This document shows positions 16,279-32,660 of a stretch of 64,000 bases of DNA, one piece after another. This DNA is from Chrysomallon squamiferum. Lineage: Eukaryota > Animalia > Mollusca. Below the pieces are notes generated by a model. It was not told the origin of the DNA. It saw only the letters and a program-made list of their open reading frames with translations, and made no database searches. The stretch lies in assembly GCA_012295275.1 (NCBI GenBank), contig CM022672.1:9176001-9240000 (forward strand), read 5' to 3'. A program made the translations under genes and the position numbers. Within the stretch, counting starts at the first letter, position 1, and each line of letters starts with the position of its first letter.

Positions 16279-17384
16279 CTGTTGTCTTTGCAAAAACACA
16301 ATTTACTACAGCTGAACTTCCAATAGTGACTGCTTAATTACACGTTTACTGAAACATATTATATTTTTAAACTTTTATTATAGATTTGTTTTAAATGACA
16401 TGGTTTCTACTTGTTAACTCAGTGTAAATGTGAACAAACAAACGAAACAGCGGAGACTAATTCCGGTTACCAATGGCGTTACGTTTCACAAGAGCCGTCA
16501 TAAACGTGGTAATTTGTAACAGAAGCAGAACAAAAGCAGTCTTCCATCTTTAGCGAAGACACTTTAACCTATCATAAATATAGAAAAATGTTCATAATAT
16601 ATTCCATATGTCTGAGAAATGACAAAACAGAGTTTTATTTTTCTTTCATGTTCTGTAATTTATGACCAAGCATGAACTAAAAATGTAAATATAAATATAG
16701 ATTTTGTTCATTCTTTTATTGTTGTCGTGTGAGTCTTTGTGCGTGTGGTACAGAGTGCACTGTAAAGAAAATAGCTGATATATTTAAACAGAACATTTAT
16801 ATATATATATATATATATATTATAAAGATAATCGTAATTATGTGTGTGTAAATATGTAAGTAAATATGTATGTATGTGTGAGTGTGTAAATATATATAAA
16901 ACAAAGAGGGGCATTGACACATTCATTTACCCCTTCTGGTAACTAGGCAGAGAAATAATCATAAACTGTATTCAGCAGATAGCTAGACATAAAGTAAGAT
17001 CAATATTTATTCAGAGAACTCTAATCTGTTTCACTACTTTACAACAACAATAATAATAACAGTGATGATGATGATGGTTATGATGATGATGACAGTAACG
17101 GTGATATATATACATATATATACACATACATAGGTATATATATATTTGTTTTCTTCTGTGCGGAAACACAAACATTTTTCAGTGAATAATTTTATTTAGA
17201 TGAAGTTCAGTCTTAGTGAGACTTCGGTTTTTGAATCAAACTTTCGTTAGATCGCGATATTGTATTTATTTTCCTTTTTTTTTTTTGAATTCATATTATG
17301 AATGTTTTTTGTGTAATATAACATTATTATATAATATTACCATTTCACTACTTTACATAATTTTGAGAATTACTTGTAGCTGAG

Positions 17385-18145
17385 TTTCCTTTAATAATAA
17401 CTGGATTACTTTAATAAAATTAAGACGAAAATTTATATAATAATAATTGATTCTTATAAATAATATTATGACTATGATTCCCTTAATTGTAACTGGATTT
17501 CTTTAAGAGATCTTATAATTAAAACTGTTACTAAAATATTAAACTGTCCTTAATAATAAACAGCTTGTGAAATAAAATTATTACTAAAATATCCATAATA
17601 ATATATGGATTTAATAAATACAATTATAATACATTTAATAATGACTAAATAATAATCAGGACTTTGATTCCCTTAATAATAAATGAACATTATAAATAAA
17701 TGTATGACTTCAATATCCTTAATAGTAAATAACTTAATAATAAAATTATAATAGTTTTAATAAAAACTGTATCAGATAAATAAAACTGTGACACAAAATA
17801 CACGTAATAATATCAGAATCATAATTGTTTTATATTATAGATAAAATTATGAGTAGAATATTTTTCATAATAACTAAATCTTATAAATAAAATTACGACT
17901 AAGATATCCTTACTGATAACTGGATCTTGTAAATGAAATTGTAACTAAGTTATCTTTAATAAAAAAATGTGTCTTATAAATAAAACTATGACAAAAATAT
18001 CCCTAATAATAACACTTTGTGAATAAAATACCTTTAATAATAATTTTGTTTTGATAAATTAAACGGTGACAAAAGTATTCTTAACAACAACTGGATCTTA
18101 CGAACAGTATTATGATTAAAATACACTTAATTATAACTGGATATA
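17385..18145. repeat. Degenerate minisatellite, unit about 44 bp
   Basis: Recurring consensus approximately CCTTAATAATAACTGGATCTTATAAATAAAATTATGACTAAAATAT in many diverged copies. Confidence 0.75.
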
Positions 18146-18659
18146 ACAAATCGTTGAAATATGATAATTCGTTTGATCGTTGCTCCTGACAATGAACCCA
18201 TATCATTAAATCTAGGCCTGAAAATGCGTTCTTTTAATCCAAATATTCATGCTTGGAATGCGATAGATGTGGAGATGAGTTACAAGTGAATACATTTTGG
18301 GTATTTATCATCGTTAATTTCCCAGATAACAATCTGTCAGAATACTTTCTACAGAGTGCGAGAGTCTAAATAACAGATATGCTGCTAACTGTCGATAACA
18401 ACAGCACATCGATTGGCTGATACGGTTTCTTTGAAGATTTTGAGATTGCAAATAACAGTGATAACTAGAACGAAACGAAAACGTCTGCAACTGTTATTAT
18501 TAAAAACTCGCTTACTGCTACTATGATCATTACTACTACCAACACCATTACTGTTACAACAACAACTGCTACTACTACCAATGCTACAGCTACTGCTTCT
18601 ACAATAACTGCTACTACTAACTGCTGCGGCTAATGATGATGATGTTTAAATTAACTTAA

Positions 18660-18707
<48 letters not shown>

Positions 18708-19204
18708 TGAGACGACAAACAGTACAAACGTATTTCTAATCGTTTTTATTCTTTACTGCTTTGCTTTCTCTTTTCTTTTCTACCTTCAAATCTTTCCATC
18801 GATCCATCTATTAATTAATTGAATCATCCATCCATCCATCCATCCATCCTTCCATCTATCCATCCATTCACCACACATTCATTTCACCAAAATATTTAAG
18901 CAACAACGGAGTGAACACTAGGAGGTCAAACGCCAGTGCGGAAAGGCACTAAGCAATGTGGTTTTTAACGGAATGGCGAAAGAGCCGTTATTAATCATTG
19001 AGACAGCCGTCAAAATATTTGCTCTTCCTACTAGAAAAATAGCAAAACTTGCAGGACTCGCACCATTAAGCAGCACCAGAATCAAAGTAAAAGTGATCAC
19101 CGCTGTAAACTAACCGTGACATAGACGCCCAGCGAGAAGAAAAATGTTATTCCTGTTATACCTTCTTCACAAGCGACTCGCGCTAACCAGATGTTCAACA
19201 GCCT

Positions 19205-19660
19205 TTGTGTACAGTCTCTGTAAGACATTTCTCTAGAATAGCTTTGTATTTATCTCTTATTGAATATTTAATAATAATTTTCTAGAATATTTTTTTTCTA
19301 GAGTATTATACAATGTCTGTAAGATATTCCTCTAGAATATATCTGTGATTCTGTTATATTTGTATATAAAATATTTTTTTCTAGAATATTTGTACAATGT
19401 CTGTAAGATATTCCTCTAGAATATCTTTGAATATGTTTGTTTCTGTCTGTGAAATATTTTTCTAGAATATTATAGACATTTCCTTACACTATATTGTAAG
19501 ATATTTCTTTAGAAGACCACTGGATATAAATATTTGCAAGGTGTAATTCTTTGCTTAGATAATATTTTACTTGTAGATTATCTTTGTATATATTTGTAAG
19601 ATATTTCCTTAGACTATTTTGTTTATATGTTTGTAAAATATTTCTTTAGATCATTAATGT
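19205..19660. repeat. Degenerate minisatellite, unit about 35 bp
   Basis: Recurring TCTGTAAGATATTYCTCTAGAATATCTTTGTATA-like units. Confidence 0.75.
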
Positions 19661-21546
19661 ATAACAAATAACAAAGTAATATAGATTTTTAATCCATGGC
19701 ACATAATAACAACAACATCAACAAAAAACAACAACAATAATAATAATGAAATGATGATGGTGATACTGATAACTGTGATAATGCATACATATATTCAGCC
19801 TTTATTATTATGAATGGTCAGTAATAAAATAATCGCTGGAACATATATTAAATATGCTTAAACTTTTTGTTCCTATCACTTATTAGTATACTGAAATTGA
19901 ATTTAATTTTAAAATAATATATAATTTTCGCTAAGAAAAGATAGCGATTATAATAAGAACTAACCTTATTGCGATTTTTCCTTTCTTTTAAGGTGGTCAC
20001 TATAATCTGATAGCAAAGTTTAATTCTGTAATTGATCCTGTATTCTAGTTTGAAAAAGTTATGCTTAATACCTCTGTAACTGTTTACTTAAAGATTATGT
20101 GTAATATGGTTCTAGACTGAATTTTTAATAAGAAAAAGAAAGAAAGAACTTCAAGAGTATAAGTTAAAGCATTAAGGATCTAACCAGTTTTGCCACTTCA
20201 GATATAATCTTCATTGTCTAGACAGTGTCAGTATGTCCAAACGTCATCCTATGACGAAGAGCGGTCTTAGCATTCGACATTCACAGATATACAACGTCAT
20301 ACGTGTAATGAGGTAATGACAAAACATTTTAAAACTTGATAAGATTTGGACCGAGTTATAGTTCGTTTACGTGATGTTGTAAAATGGTGAGGTCTTATCT
20401 GTCGTGATGCTCATCTTGGTTGTGATGATAGATCTTTTTGCTTCGTAGAATACAAACAATAATAATGCATTTAAAACATGCTATTTTAATATAAGTGTAA
20501 TAGACAAATAACGAATACCAAGATAGTCGCAAGTGGATATACAAAATTAATTTTATGAATTAATGAATAAGGTTACCTCCATCCAGCCATTATTAATGAT
20601 GAAACAGTTGTTAAATATTTTAAACAGTAGTTATCTGCAGGTTTAAAGGCAGTGTTATCTTTTGTTTGTTTATTTTGTTTATTTTTTTTTTTCAAGATTT
20701 TTTTGCGAATATACAAATTAATTTAAACTAAAGCAACCCTTAATCTGGATAAGAGAGAAACAATTGGTTATGCAAGTTAAGAGTTGCTTTTGTTAAAGCT
20801 AATTTTCTAAAAATGTTAAATAATATATTTTTTAAAAATTAAAAATTTTAGATATTATTATTTTAATTATCTCATACATTTGGCAAAATGCCTAAGTCGC
20901 ACGTGTAATCTCTTACCCTAGACCAAATTCACGTGAGAATATTTTTTTTTTTTTTAGAACTGTTCATTTAACTCTTGTATAAGTAATAAAACATCATATA
21001 CTTTTTCACACTGTTACATCATGAGAAAATACATTATATATTAAAGGATAATAATATTGTCTCTGCGGCCCTGCCGATCTCTTACAACCGATACATCACG
21101 CTCGGACAAAAGGCGAGGCAGAGAGGTGCCAAAGGTTACCAATTTGTGACTCATTAACTAACAGACACAAAAGCCAACTGACGGGTAGATGTGCATCGGC
21201 AAACAGAAGGAGCTGAGAAACGCAGCAATGGTTACACGACAAATGACACAAGATACAAAGAGGTTCGCACAGCCATAGGTGTTGGCGATCGCTGGTCAAT
21301 ATTTGTCAAATGCACCCTAAGCATTCACGTCTTATTAACGGGTGAAACGCGATATGCGCTGGCTTTGGAAGATAAAATTTCACACCTTGGCAAAAATGGT
21401 TTAATGATGCTAACGAGCAAGGTTGGCTGTCTTTTGAACACGCGTGTGTCGTTCAACAACGTTCAGCTAAACACACTTCAAAGAAAGGCTCCCCTTGTTC
21501 CGCCCGTAACTGTTAAATTAATATATTTGACGCGAAAACATCAAAT

Positions 21547-21581
<35 letters not shown>

Positions 21582-23517
21582 CCTTTACGGCGTTTATTTA
21601 AAAAGTATAATGTTTAGTTGATTTTCGAGTATACGTTTTTTTATTTTATTATTATTATTATTTTTTTTTTATCGCGTATTTTTTTTTTATTTTATTATTT
21701 TGGCGGAATATTTCAATTTCTTTTCCTTTTGCTAAAGATCGTTTCGCTAAATGCTTGTTCATAATAAAAACAAAAATAACAGTAATTATTCAGTCAGATA
21801 GATAATTACGTACCCATACAAACATTATAACTTACATAATGGGGATGTTTTCTGTATCTAGATATTACACGATTATAACACGTTGTAATTTCTATCTCAC
21901 CTACTCAACGTGTAAGCATCATTTCACTGAAAGTAAACCTTCACATTCAGACAACTGCATTGTTAACTGTTGTTGTTTTTGGCATCGGTTTTTTGCACTC
22001 TATAATGTTAACTTCTGATATTTCTTTCTGACTCATAAAAGTTGTTAGTGTGCGTTACAAAGCCGAAACATTAATGATCACTTCAAAAAGCTTACACGTT
22101 TACTGTTAAATCACATGGTACTACGGCGTAACCTTGTCCTATACGTTAGGATAATTAGCTGTCTTTAGGCCAGTTAGATAGTTTCAAGGGTATCGGTTTT
22201 ACAGCGAGCGTGTTGTATGAATGAGTATACAGATGTATCAGAAGCTGTTTGTTGTTCTTTGCTCGTCTTCTCGGGTATCTTCTAACTGTGAGAAATAAAT
22301 CAGAGGTGTTTTATTTTTACAACACGTCGGTTTATTAATAACGTCTTGTTAGAGTGTTTGATGCAGATATCGTTTTGTTTGTTTGTTTGTTTGTTTGTTT
22401 ATTTATTTTTGTTGTTGTTGTTTTTATTATTATTATTATTCCTGAAGAATTATATATGTACTATATAAATCGAAAATGAAATATATTATTATTATCTGAA
22501 AACACAACATTAAAACAAAATCCATCAAAAAAAAAAAAAAAAAAGAATAAACGAAGAAATAAACAACAACAACAATAACTATATAAATAAAATAAAATAA
22601 AAACAGAATTATCTTTTAGAATTCCGTCTAGAGAAGTCATTAGATTTCTACCAACAGAATTTCAAAGGAAAACGTTATGATTCTTGCAGCTGTATCAGTT
22701 TCACGTATTAATCATTATTTATTTCACGGAATCTCACTTCCGATGCTCTCTTGTGCCGCAGACACAGAGTATTGATATTAATGTGCCAAAACAAACACAG
22801 CGTATTGAGTAATAACGTCACAACAGTGAGTCGTGTTATCGTGTTTCAAAAGACGTGCACTCAAGAGAAAATAACTCTCATTGCGATGTTTGCTCTCTTA
22901 GCTATCTGTCGATTGAACATATTAAATGCTCTTTAATACAGGAAAATAAGTTCTTTATCATTCATCAGTAAACACGTTTCAGATTTCGGCCAACACTTTT
23001 TAAGGCGTATTTTGTTGCTTCCTTAATGAAGCAGTTACTTGAACGCCATGGTGTTTTGTCGGCTGCTAATTGTTCAGGCGTTTTGTGCAAATCAGGTATC
23101 ATGTGATAGTTCCTCGAAGACGCCTTCTGATATGTTTATATTTCCTCTCGCAACTGGTCGAGTTCGATTCTCAGCAAACAATTAGATCGTGCTGTTCAGT
23201 CGATCCAGTAAGGATAAGGTGCAAGTTGAAAACACACAAGAATGAACGAATCAGAGCGATCTGTTAACTTAAAGATCATTTTGATTTTTTTTTTTAGTGA
23301 TAAAAGGAGAAGAAAACTGAGACAGATATAAGATCAGAACAAGAATATACACTGACAATTAAAATTATTTCACGAGGGTTAAAGTTTCTTGTTAAGTTAC
23401 AGTGCAATCAATTTTGAGCGTACGTGATACTATGCAAGGTTTACGAGTATAAATAATATTTCAGTATATTTATGAAAATAGCGATTGTATATCCAAAGAT
23501 AGTAATATATGACGCAT

Positions 23518-23630
<113 letters not shown>

Positions 23631-25497
23631 TTGAAACTAAATATTAATAAAGACAGCAGACATAATATATCTCAGCTTTTCATTTTTAACAACAAACATG
23701 AAGTGCAGAATATGTTTTTTATTAACGAACTTGACTCTTTACTGATATCTGAACAATGACTCAAAAATAAATTTATTCCGCACTGGGTTTCCTTAAGCAA
23801 ACATTTTTTTTTTTTCAGTTCTGCAAACAGAAAAACGAATAACAACAGCAACATCAAAAAAAAACTAACTAGATAAATCCTGGTTAAACACTTCGACAGT
23901 TATTAAATGTTTTCCACGAGCTAATGTATATATTTTTTTTTAGGTTATAAAATAATAATACTCCACATGACGTAAAAATAAGCATATGCTAGACTCATCA
24001 GCTGAGGGAGATGGAGAAATATTTGCTTTACGATCCGAGTTGCAGATATTAGATTTTAAAGAGTATCTAACGAGTTGTTTTAACTGTCTGACTGCACGAA
24101 ACCGCGAACACTCGTAACGACGGCAGATTTAACAGACACGAAATCGGCGCATGCCGAGTTGCTAATGACGCCCACTAACCAGTCGCCTCCCGAACCGATC
24201 ACTTAAACAGAGACTCGCTGATTTAATTAAAATTATACAGGTGGATTTGTTTTTTGCCCAAACAGTCCATCCACAAGACATCGACAATTAAATTAAATTA
24301 CAGCGAAAACAGATCGTTCTTAGAGCAAAACGGCGCAGTTTATCGCCCGACGGGTGTCCTCCGGAAATACCCGATGATTGGCAAAACGCTGGTTCCGGTT
24401 TATTCCGACTTCGTGTGAGACCGGCTCGCTATGACGATTTGATTAAAAAAGCAGTGGATTTTTTTTACTGTTAATGAGTATCACGTACAATTATTGCTGC
24501 TTAATGATGATCATTTCATGAGCAATAGGTTTGCAGTCAAGCGTATCGCCTGCTATGGGCAGGTTCTTCAAACTGCAGATGGTGCCAAAACGATTTCGTT
24601 TTTGGAAATGGGGTCAAAATAACACGCACATGTTTAATTTTGATAAAATCTATTGAGCTGGTGTATGAGAAATCGGATCCACACTGTTTAAAATACCATA
24701 TTACAAAACCAGCAAAATGATTAAATCAGATCACCATATCTTACGTTACTTACAGCCGAGATGCACGTCTTCATATATTCAGTGTCAGATATGTCTGAAA
24801 CACATTAACAGTGCGTATGAACCGAAGGGCTCAATATTGTGGCTATGTACATTAATTGTGTGACAAATTAATCAAACAGAGAAACAGTGATGTTGTTATC
24901 AGCATTAATATACATGAAACAAGATGGCAGTACAATATAATATGTCTATGAATTCAATGGAAATATTGGAACGTAAAGTCTATATTTGTGAATTTTTGGC
25001 AGTGTATATGAAAAGTAGATGCAATGCATATGATATAAAATTATTGTAACGTATAGTTTAGTTTCATGTTCAAAAAAATGAACGACGTATAAATAATTCT
25101 GGCTGGTTTTCAAATGGCTTTTCCTGATAATTAAATAACGAGGCAAATATTCATAAGCTGAAATCCACTATGGACTCTAGAACTTGAAAGGTCCAGTCGT
25201 GATATATTTATTAAAATATTTTAATGAGCAAATCTTCAAATAAAATGTATATTTTGCTTTCTTTTATCAAAGTCAGTATATACTTGTTCTAATCAATTTA
25301 GTATTTCTTTTGTTTTCAAATGAATAATTTAAAAAAAATTGAAACCACGTTTTTTCATTTGTAACGAACAACAAAAACTAAATAATTATACACATATGTA
25401 ATTATGTAAACATGTAATAATATACAGCAAACAGTCACACAGTATACATACATACATACATACAAACACATATTCACATATTATATATACACACTCT

Positions 25498-25529
<32 letters not shown>

Positions 25530-26093
25530 CACACATAAATATCTACACACACACGCACACAAGACGTACAAATACACTTTCAGAAACCAATTATATTCTC
25601 TTTATTACCTCTCTGTTTCACGCACATGTCAGCGAAATGAAGACGTGTTTTGTTTTCTAAGGATATTAAACACACATACATAAGAAGAACGGCATTTTTG
25701 CTTCAAGAAGGAAATATTACATGGTATATGCAAGGAGTTCGTCTTACCGTTTCACTGATTGCAAACGTCAACCAGTAATTCCGATTATTCGGCATTTAGT
25801 TTACGAAATGTGTTTTGAGAACAAAACAATGTTGAAGAACGACAGCCTGTCTATATTTTGTCACAAGTTGGGTGTGAAGACTATATTACAAAGAATGTTC
25901 CCAATTTTTCCCAGATTATCTCGGTAATTATTCACTAGTAATAATTTACAAACATTGTTTTGGGAAGAAAGAACGTTTAGTATGTTTTTAATGTGGTAAC
26001 AGTAACGACAACTCGTTCTGGAAAGTTTCGAGGTTTTTATTTTTTTTTTTTTTTTTTTGGTTTTGTTAATTTTTCTTTTTTAAATTTTAATAT

Positions 26094-26138
<45 letters not shown>

Positions 26139-26559
26139 GAGGAACAACAATTTTATTAATATTAACAGACTTAATAATAATAATAATAAAAACGAGAACA
26201 AAAACTAAAAGATGAGAATATTCGATACATATGCACATACCATAAAACTGAAATTATTATTATTATTATATGTCCAATTATTCTTTAATTTCTGAAATAA
26301 TGGTTTAGCTATTACTTTAGATAATAAAATCTGTTTTCTTTCTAATTATTGTTGTTTGTCTATTGTTGTTGTTTTTATTTGTTATTAATTAATTAAATCA
26401 TTGATCTATTCTTTAATTTTTGTTTTAATAATATTAAAACCTTTTAATAATGTTTGAACGAAAATAGATTTTGCATGGCTACATAATTTTCATAAATCGT
26501 TGCAGTTAAAAATTATATATTCTTAATTCTTGATTAAAAGTGAGTAAAAAAGTAAAAAA

Positions 26560-26606
<47 letters not shown>

Positions 26607-26975
26607 ATACAAATTAAAATTAAGTTTAAAATTAAAATTAAAATAAATAAATCAATAAATGATAAAGAAAAAATTAAATCAAAAAATCTTTAACTGCTCA
26701 GTATGTTATTACAAAAATGTTGTGTTCTTTATTATATATTTTGATTCTTTTTTTTTTATCAGGAAACGAGAAGCCAAAAAAAAAAAAAAAAAAAAAAAAA
26801 AATAAAAGAACATCGTGAGAAATTTTATTTGGTGTAAATAGTAAACACATTTGTGAAATACCCTTCAACACTTTCATCACTGTTAATTTGAAATAAAAAT
26901 AATTATTTTAAAAAATCTGTTTGGTTCAATTCAAAATTATCCCCAATAAGTTACGTTTAAATGCCGAGCTTCATT

Positions 26976-27052
<77 letters not shown>

Positions 27053-28976
27053 ACAAAAGAAAAAAAAAAAAAGAAAGAAAGAAAGAAAGAAAGAAGCAAA
27101 GAAACAAATAGAAATAAAAATAATAAAAGAAAAGAAAACGAAATAAAACAAATAAAAACAAAAAAGTAAAATAATAAATTATCATGGATTTGTTCATAGA
27201 GAAAATGAATATTTCTTTCGTGTGGCCTAAAGGGAAAAAAATGTCACAGAAATAATGGACATTGTTTTATTGGTTTTTGAAGTGAGTGTAGGAGACAAAT
27301 GTTTATTTAACATCACCACAGAACATTTTATATCATCATCAGTTAAATAAGTAATTAATACTGATACTTGATCTCAGGAAACTACTGATTTGTCACAAAG
27401 AGCTATTACTAATAAAGATTAATTATCTTACTACTATTATTACCAGTGCTGCTACTACTTCTGCTGCTAGTATTATTAGTAGTACTAGTTCTATTACTGC
27501 TGCTACTACTACTACGTCAATTATTATTATTATTATTATTATTGTTGTTGTTGTTATTTTTTTGTTATTACTATAGTTATTTTTATTTTATACGGATACA
27601 AACATATATTAACATGCACACATACATATGCACACATATGTAAACAAACATAGATATATACCTACAAATATACATAATTCACATGTACAGAAATGCATAC
27701 ATACTAACATATTTTCACTCATTTCTTCAGAACAAAATATTTAAATAAAACTTGTACTCAGAGAAAACAAGCCAAAACATCTGACTGTAATTGTGTTTTA
27801 AAAACTATATATTTCTAGTAGATATGCTCGGCATGTTTCTCGGGGTTATTTCAGTAAACTGCAGTTACATTCAGCTTGACAAGGTGAAGAGAAAAATGTG
27901 AGCGGATATGATGTCATTTCAAACAGTTTGGCAGTAGGACAAAGACTCGTAATATATTTTATCTTAATAACACCGCTAGATGTTCGAGGAATGTTTTGAC
28001 AAATTGACACGTCAAGCTTTAAACAAAGGAATGCCTAATTTTTGTCACATCACAAACTCAATTTGAAGACTTCATTACCTACTCAAGGCAGACGCGAAAT
28101 TGAAAAAAAAAAGGTGAGCTGAGACCCTCGTTCATTTCCGACATCTTTATCACAAGCATATCGTACAAAGACGAGATTCCTGCTGCTTCCAGCGGAAAAT
28201 TACACCACTCCATTTTATAAATGAGATATGTCATTTTTATTATGTTTAGAAATTGACACAAGCGAGGTGGTAAAGCTAATGCGAATGGGACGTATTCTCG
28301 GCGTTCCTGCCTGATTTCATCCAGATTTTCCTTTGAATTACTTGCATTTTCTGCACGATTGGCTGATTTGGCAAGCTCACGTACCATGTAAAAGCACTTT
28401 ATGTACATCATTTTCGCAATTTGCTTAGAAACTCAATTAACCCAGAGCGACAGGCCAGATTCGCCTTGCAAATAGGCATTGTACATTCCGGCGTACGCTT
28501 TCATCTATGACTGTATTTCCTATCAAACCTGACTTGTGCTAATAGTGTATGATTCCTGCTGCATATCCCATTAACAAAGGCATTGTTTTCAGTTATGCTT
28601 AGTAGATTTTATCGGAGTCTGTAAGCCAGAGACCGTGAGCCAGTCTGTGAGAAGATTATAGTACATTTGCGTTATAGGAAGAAGACGGCTTGTTTTTCTG
28701 AACTTGTAAATTAGTTATTAAATGAAGAAATAAACCGAAGAAAGTAAGAAGTATAACAGATGCGTCAGGTAATTCAAACATTTCGTTATTGTTTATTAAT
28801 AATAATAATTAAAAATAATAATAATAATAATAAAAAAAATAATAATAATAATGAGAGAAAATAAATAAATAAATAGAAAAGGTAAATAAAAATTAATAAT
28901 ATTCAAAAATAATAATAATAATAAAAAAAGTAAAAAAGTAAATTAATTAATTAATCAGTCAATCAATCAATCAATC

Positions 28977-29169
<193 letters not shown>

Positions 29170-29569
29170 CATTACTAAACTTAAAATCTGATTGGAAAAG
29201 ACCTCAAAATGAAAAAAGAAAAAAGAAGAAAAAAAAGGCCTTGTTCCTTTTGGTCAAAAAAATTAAAGTATAGAATTAATATATTTATTTTCTGATATTC
29301 GGCCATTAATACAAACTATAACAACAATGATAACAACAATAACAATATTCAAGCCAGTAAACAACATTTTTTATTATTAAAATTATTATTGTTTTGTTTT
29401 AATGGTTGCAGCAATAGAAATAGTACCAGAAGTAGCAGTAGCAGAAGTAGTAGCTTTAGCAGTAGTATTATTAGTGATAATAACAGTAACAGAAAAGAAA
29501 AGCAATAGATTTCAGCCTCTAAAATTTTATTTTGTCATCTGTGCTTCTTTATTTCAATTTTGTTTGTTT

Positions 29570-29930
<361 letters not shown>

Positions 29931-30451
29931 TTTATTTCTATTTTAAACAAACACGCTAGAGTAATCGGAAATTGGCGGAACCGAAATTCGACCAATAATT
30001 TCACGGACGACTCAAAACGTGGCAGAGAACACATGTCGCGGAGTGAAAGAACGATAACTCTTCGGACGATTTATCTCCCTCGGCGTGGGTGTGACGATAT
30101 TGATTTTGACGGCGCGTGGAGACAGTTGTCTCCCTTCATTTCGATGGCAAATCTATCCGCCATTAGAAACATAACTTCGTAATGGGTGCCATGCCGCCGT
30201 GTCCGTCAGTCGTGATGTTTGAGCGTGTTCGTTTGACCGCCGGCACGTCGTGTTGTATTCGGTTTGATCTTTTTATCTCAGCGATCTTTTTTTTTTTTTT
30301 TTTGTGGGCAGAAAGAACATTCAATACTTATTACTATGTTTTGATATGTCTGCTTTGGTGGAATGGGGATTTGAAAAGTGGGAACGGAATTAAACGAACC
30401 AGGCGCGGAACCAGAATAATGGAAACGGGTTTGTCATTGCTGAGAACTCAA

Positions 30452-30490
<39 letters not shown>

Positions 30491-32446
30491 AAAAATAAAG
30501 AAAAAAAAAATTAAAAAAAAAAAGAAGAAAAACAGAAAAAAGAAGATTAAGAATGTTTGTGTGTTGATTCATGTTTTCGGTTCATGAATGCCTGTATTTA
30601 ACTTTCTTGTTAAGAGCCTTCGTTGTTATTTTATAGAATATTTTATTAAAAGTAATTCTGATCGAATAAAGCATTTTTAATTCATTTTATTTACTTAATT
30701 ATTTAGTTCACTGGCCAAAAGATTTTTTTTTTTTCTTTTTCTTTTTCAATATCCATACCAGTCAGGAAATTATAAGAAACAACGAAAATGACTTACTTTT
30801 ACAGATGTGATTTTTATTCTTGTTAGAAATTACATATTTATTATATACATAAAAAAAGAAGAAGAAAAAAAAAGAACCACCACCAACCAAAAAAAAAAAA
30901 AAAAAAAAAACTACAAAAAAAAAATCTACAACAAAAAACAACAAAAACAACAACACATAAAAAAATAATATTAATAATAACAACAACAACTACTATTTCC
31001 ACTACGACTACAGCTGCAAATACCATTACTCTGTCTACCACGACCAGTAAAACTAACATTACTGCCACAACCGCCATTACTATTGCTTCTATAATAAATA
31101 TATTACTACTACTGTTTTGCTGCTGCAGCTACTACAATAATGTCTACTACTGTAGCTTTTATTATAATTTCTACCACTGCTGCCACCACAACTACTTTTA
31201 CTTTTACTACAACTAGTACCACCACTATTACTACTACTACTACTACCTGCTCCTGCTGCTGTTTTTATTGTTGTTGTTGTTGTTTTTTTTGTTGTTGTTA
31301 AATTTATTATTATTATTATTATTATTATACTTGAGCACTGACTTATAAGTACGTCTATGCTGCCTACTACTGAATTACAAAAGACATACATTATTAAAAT
31401 ATTTGACAGATTATTCCATAGACACGGAGTTCACACAAATATTTGCGCAAAGCCTGGATGGAAGCGCTTTTCAAAATGTAATTAGCATTCGGCTGTGTCT
31501 TTTCCTGATTGACAGGCGATGTGTGGAACGTCTGGGTAAAATGGGGAGAAAAAAAAAATGAGACGAAAAACTCAGCGCTCAAGAAAAACAGGTGTATTGT
31601 CGCGCTTCGCTGCAAGAGGAAGGTCTCTGGGAGAGTTTTTTCCCGTGTTAAACAAGCTGGGTTCATTTCTCAAATAACCACAACAAGTGTAGCGATCACC
31701 GAGCCTTCTATGTGTGAATTATGGCAATAGAAACAAGTGTATCGTAACATAAGCAACACAGCAAGACAACAGGTGAGGTTGATAAATTACCGCTTCAAAG
31801 TGTTGCAGAACTTCGCCGTCATATACATCACGACGTTTAATGGTTTTATCATAAAACAAAATGCTTTACAGCACAATATATAGAACCTTTGCGATTTGGG
31901 ATAATTTTCCAAAAAGGTTTCTGATAAACTGTTTTTTTTTTTTTCTTAAATCTGTCTACTAGCAGCTGTTTGTTTCAATTTGTGATAGTTGATTAACAGT
32001 GCATGTAATAAGAGAATTCTGAAGAAAATCAAATACATATTATTTTTTTTTGTAAGAAAAATAAGAAAAAAAAAACAGGTATTGAATAAAATATATCTAT
32101 ATATCTTCCGTTGATAATTATCAAGATCTAAAAGAAATGATAAGAGTGTTCTATTGCAGTCTCATTGGTTATTATCTTCAAAAGCAAGTACTAAGCAAAA
32201 CTAAACCAGCTCACCTGCAACACAGGATATCCGGTGCATACGAGTCTCATAAAATTACTTCATGTAATTATATAATAGATATTACAACTGACGTTTGTAC
32301 AGCTATTTTATTCTGCTCATATCATATATTAATGTTATAGAAGAAGTGAAAAAACATAAATTATCACCAAGCTCTGAATAATTGTTAGAATCACTATTAT
32401 CCTATTATATTGTAATCGTTGCTTCTGTATTTCAATTTTTTTTTTT

Positions 32447-32517
32447 AATTATAATTATTATTGTTATTGTTATTATTATTATTACTATTATTATTATTAT
32501 TAATAATTTTCTTTTCA

Positions 32518-32595
<78 letters not shown>

Positions 32596-32660
32596 CTCTC
32601 TCATTATGACTCATTATGAGTCTAGTTCTTTATTTCAGTTTGATTTAAAAGTTTAATAAT
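32447..32660 (+). repeat. Local direct duplication, copy B of 29570-29930
   Basis: Same flanks and tail, with a shorter (CT)n. Confidence 0.8.

Noticed and set aside
17385-18145. Repeat array considered as CRISPR-like
   Set aside because: Eukaryotic context, degenerate head-to-tail units without unique spacers, and no cas genes.
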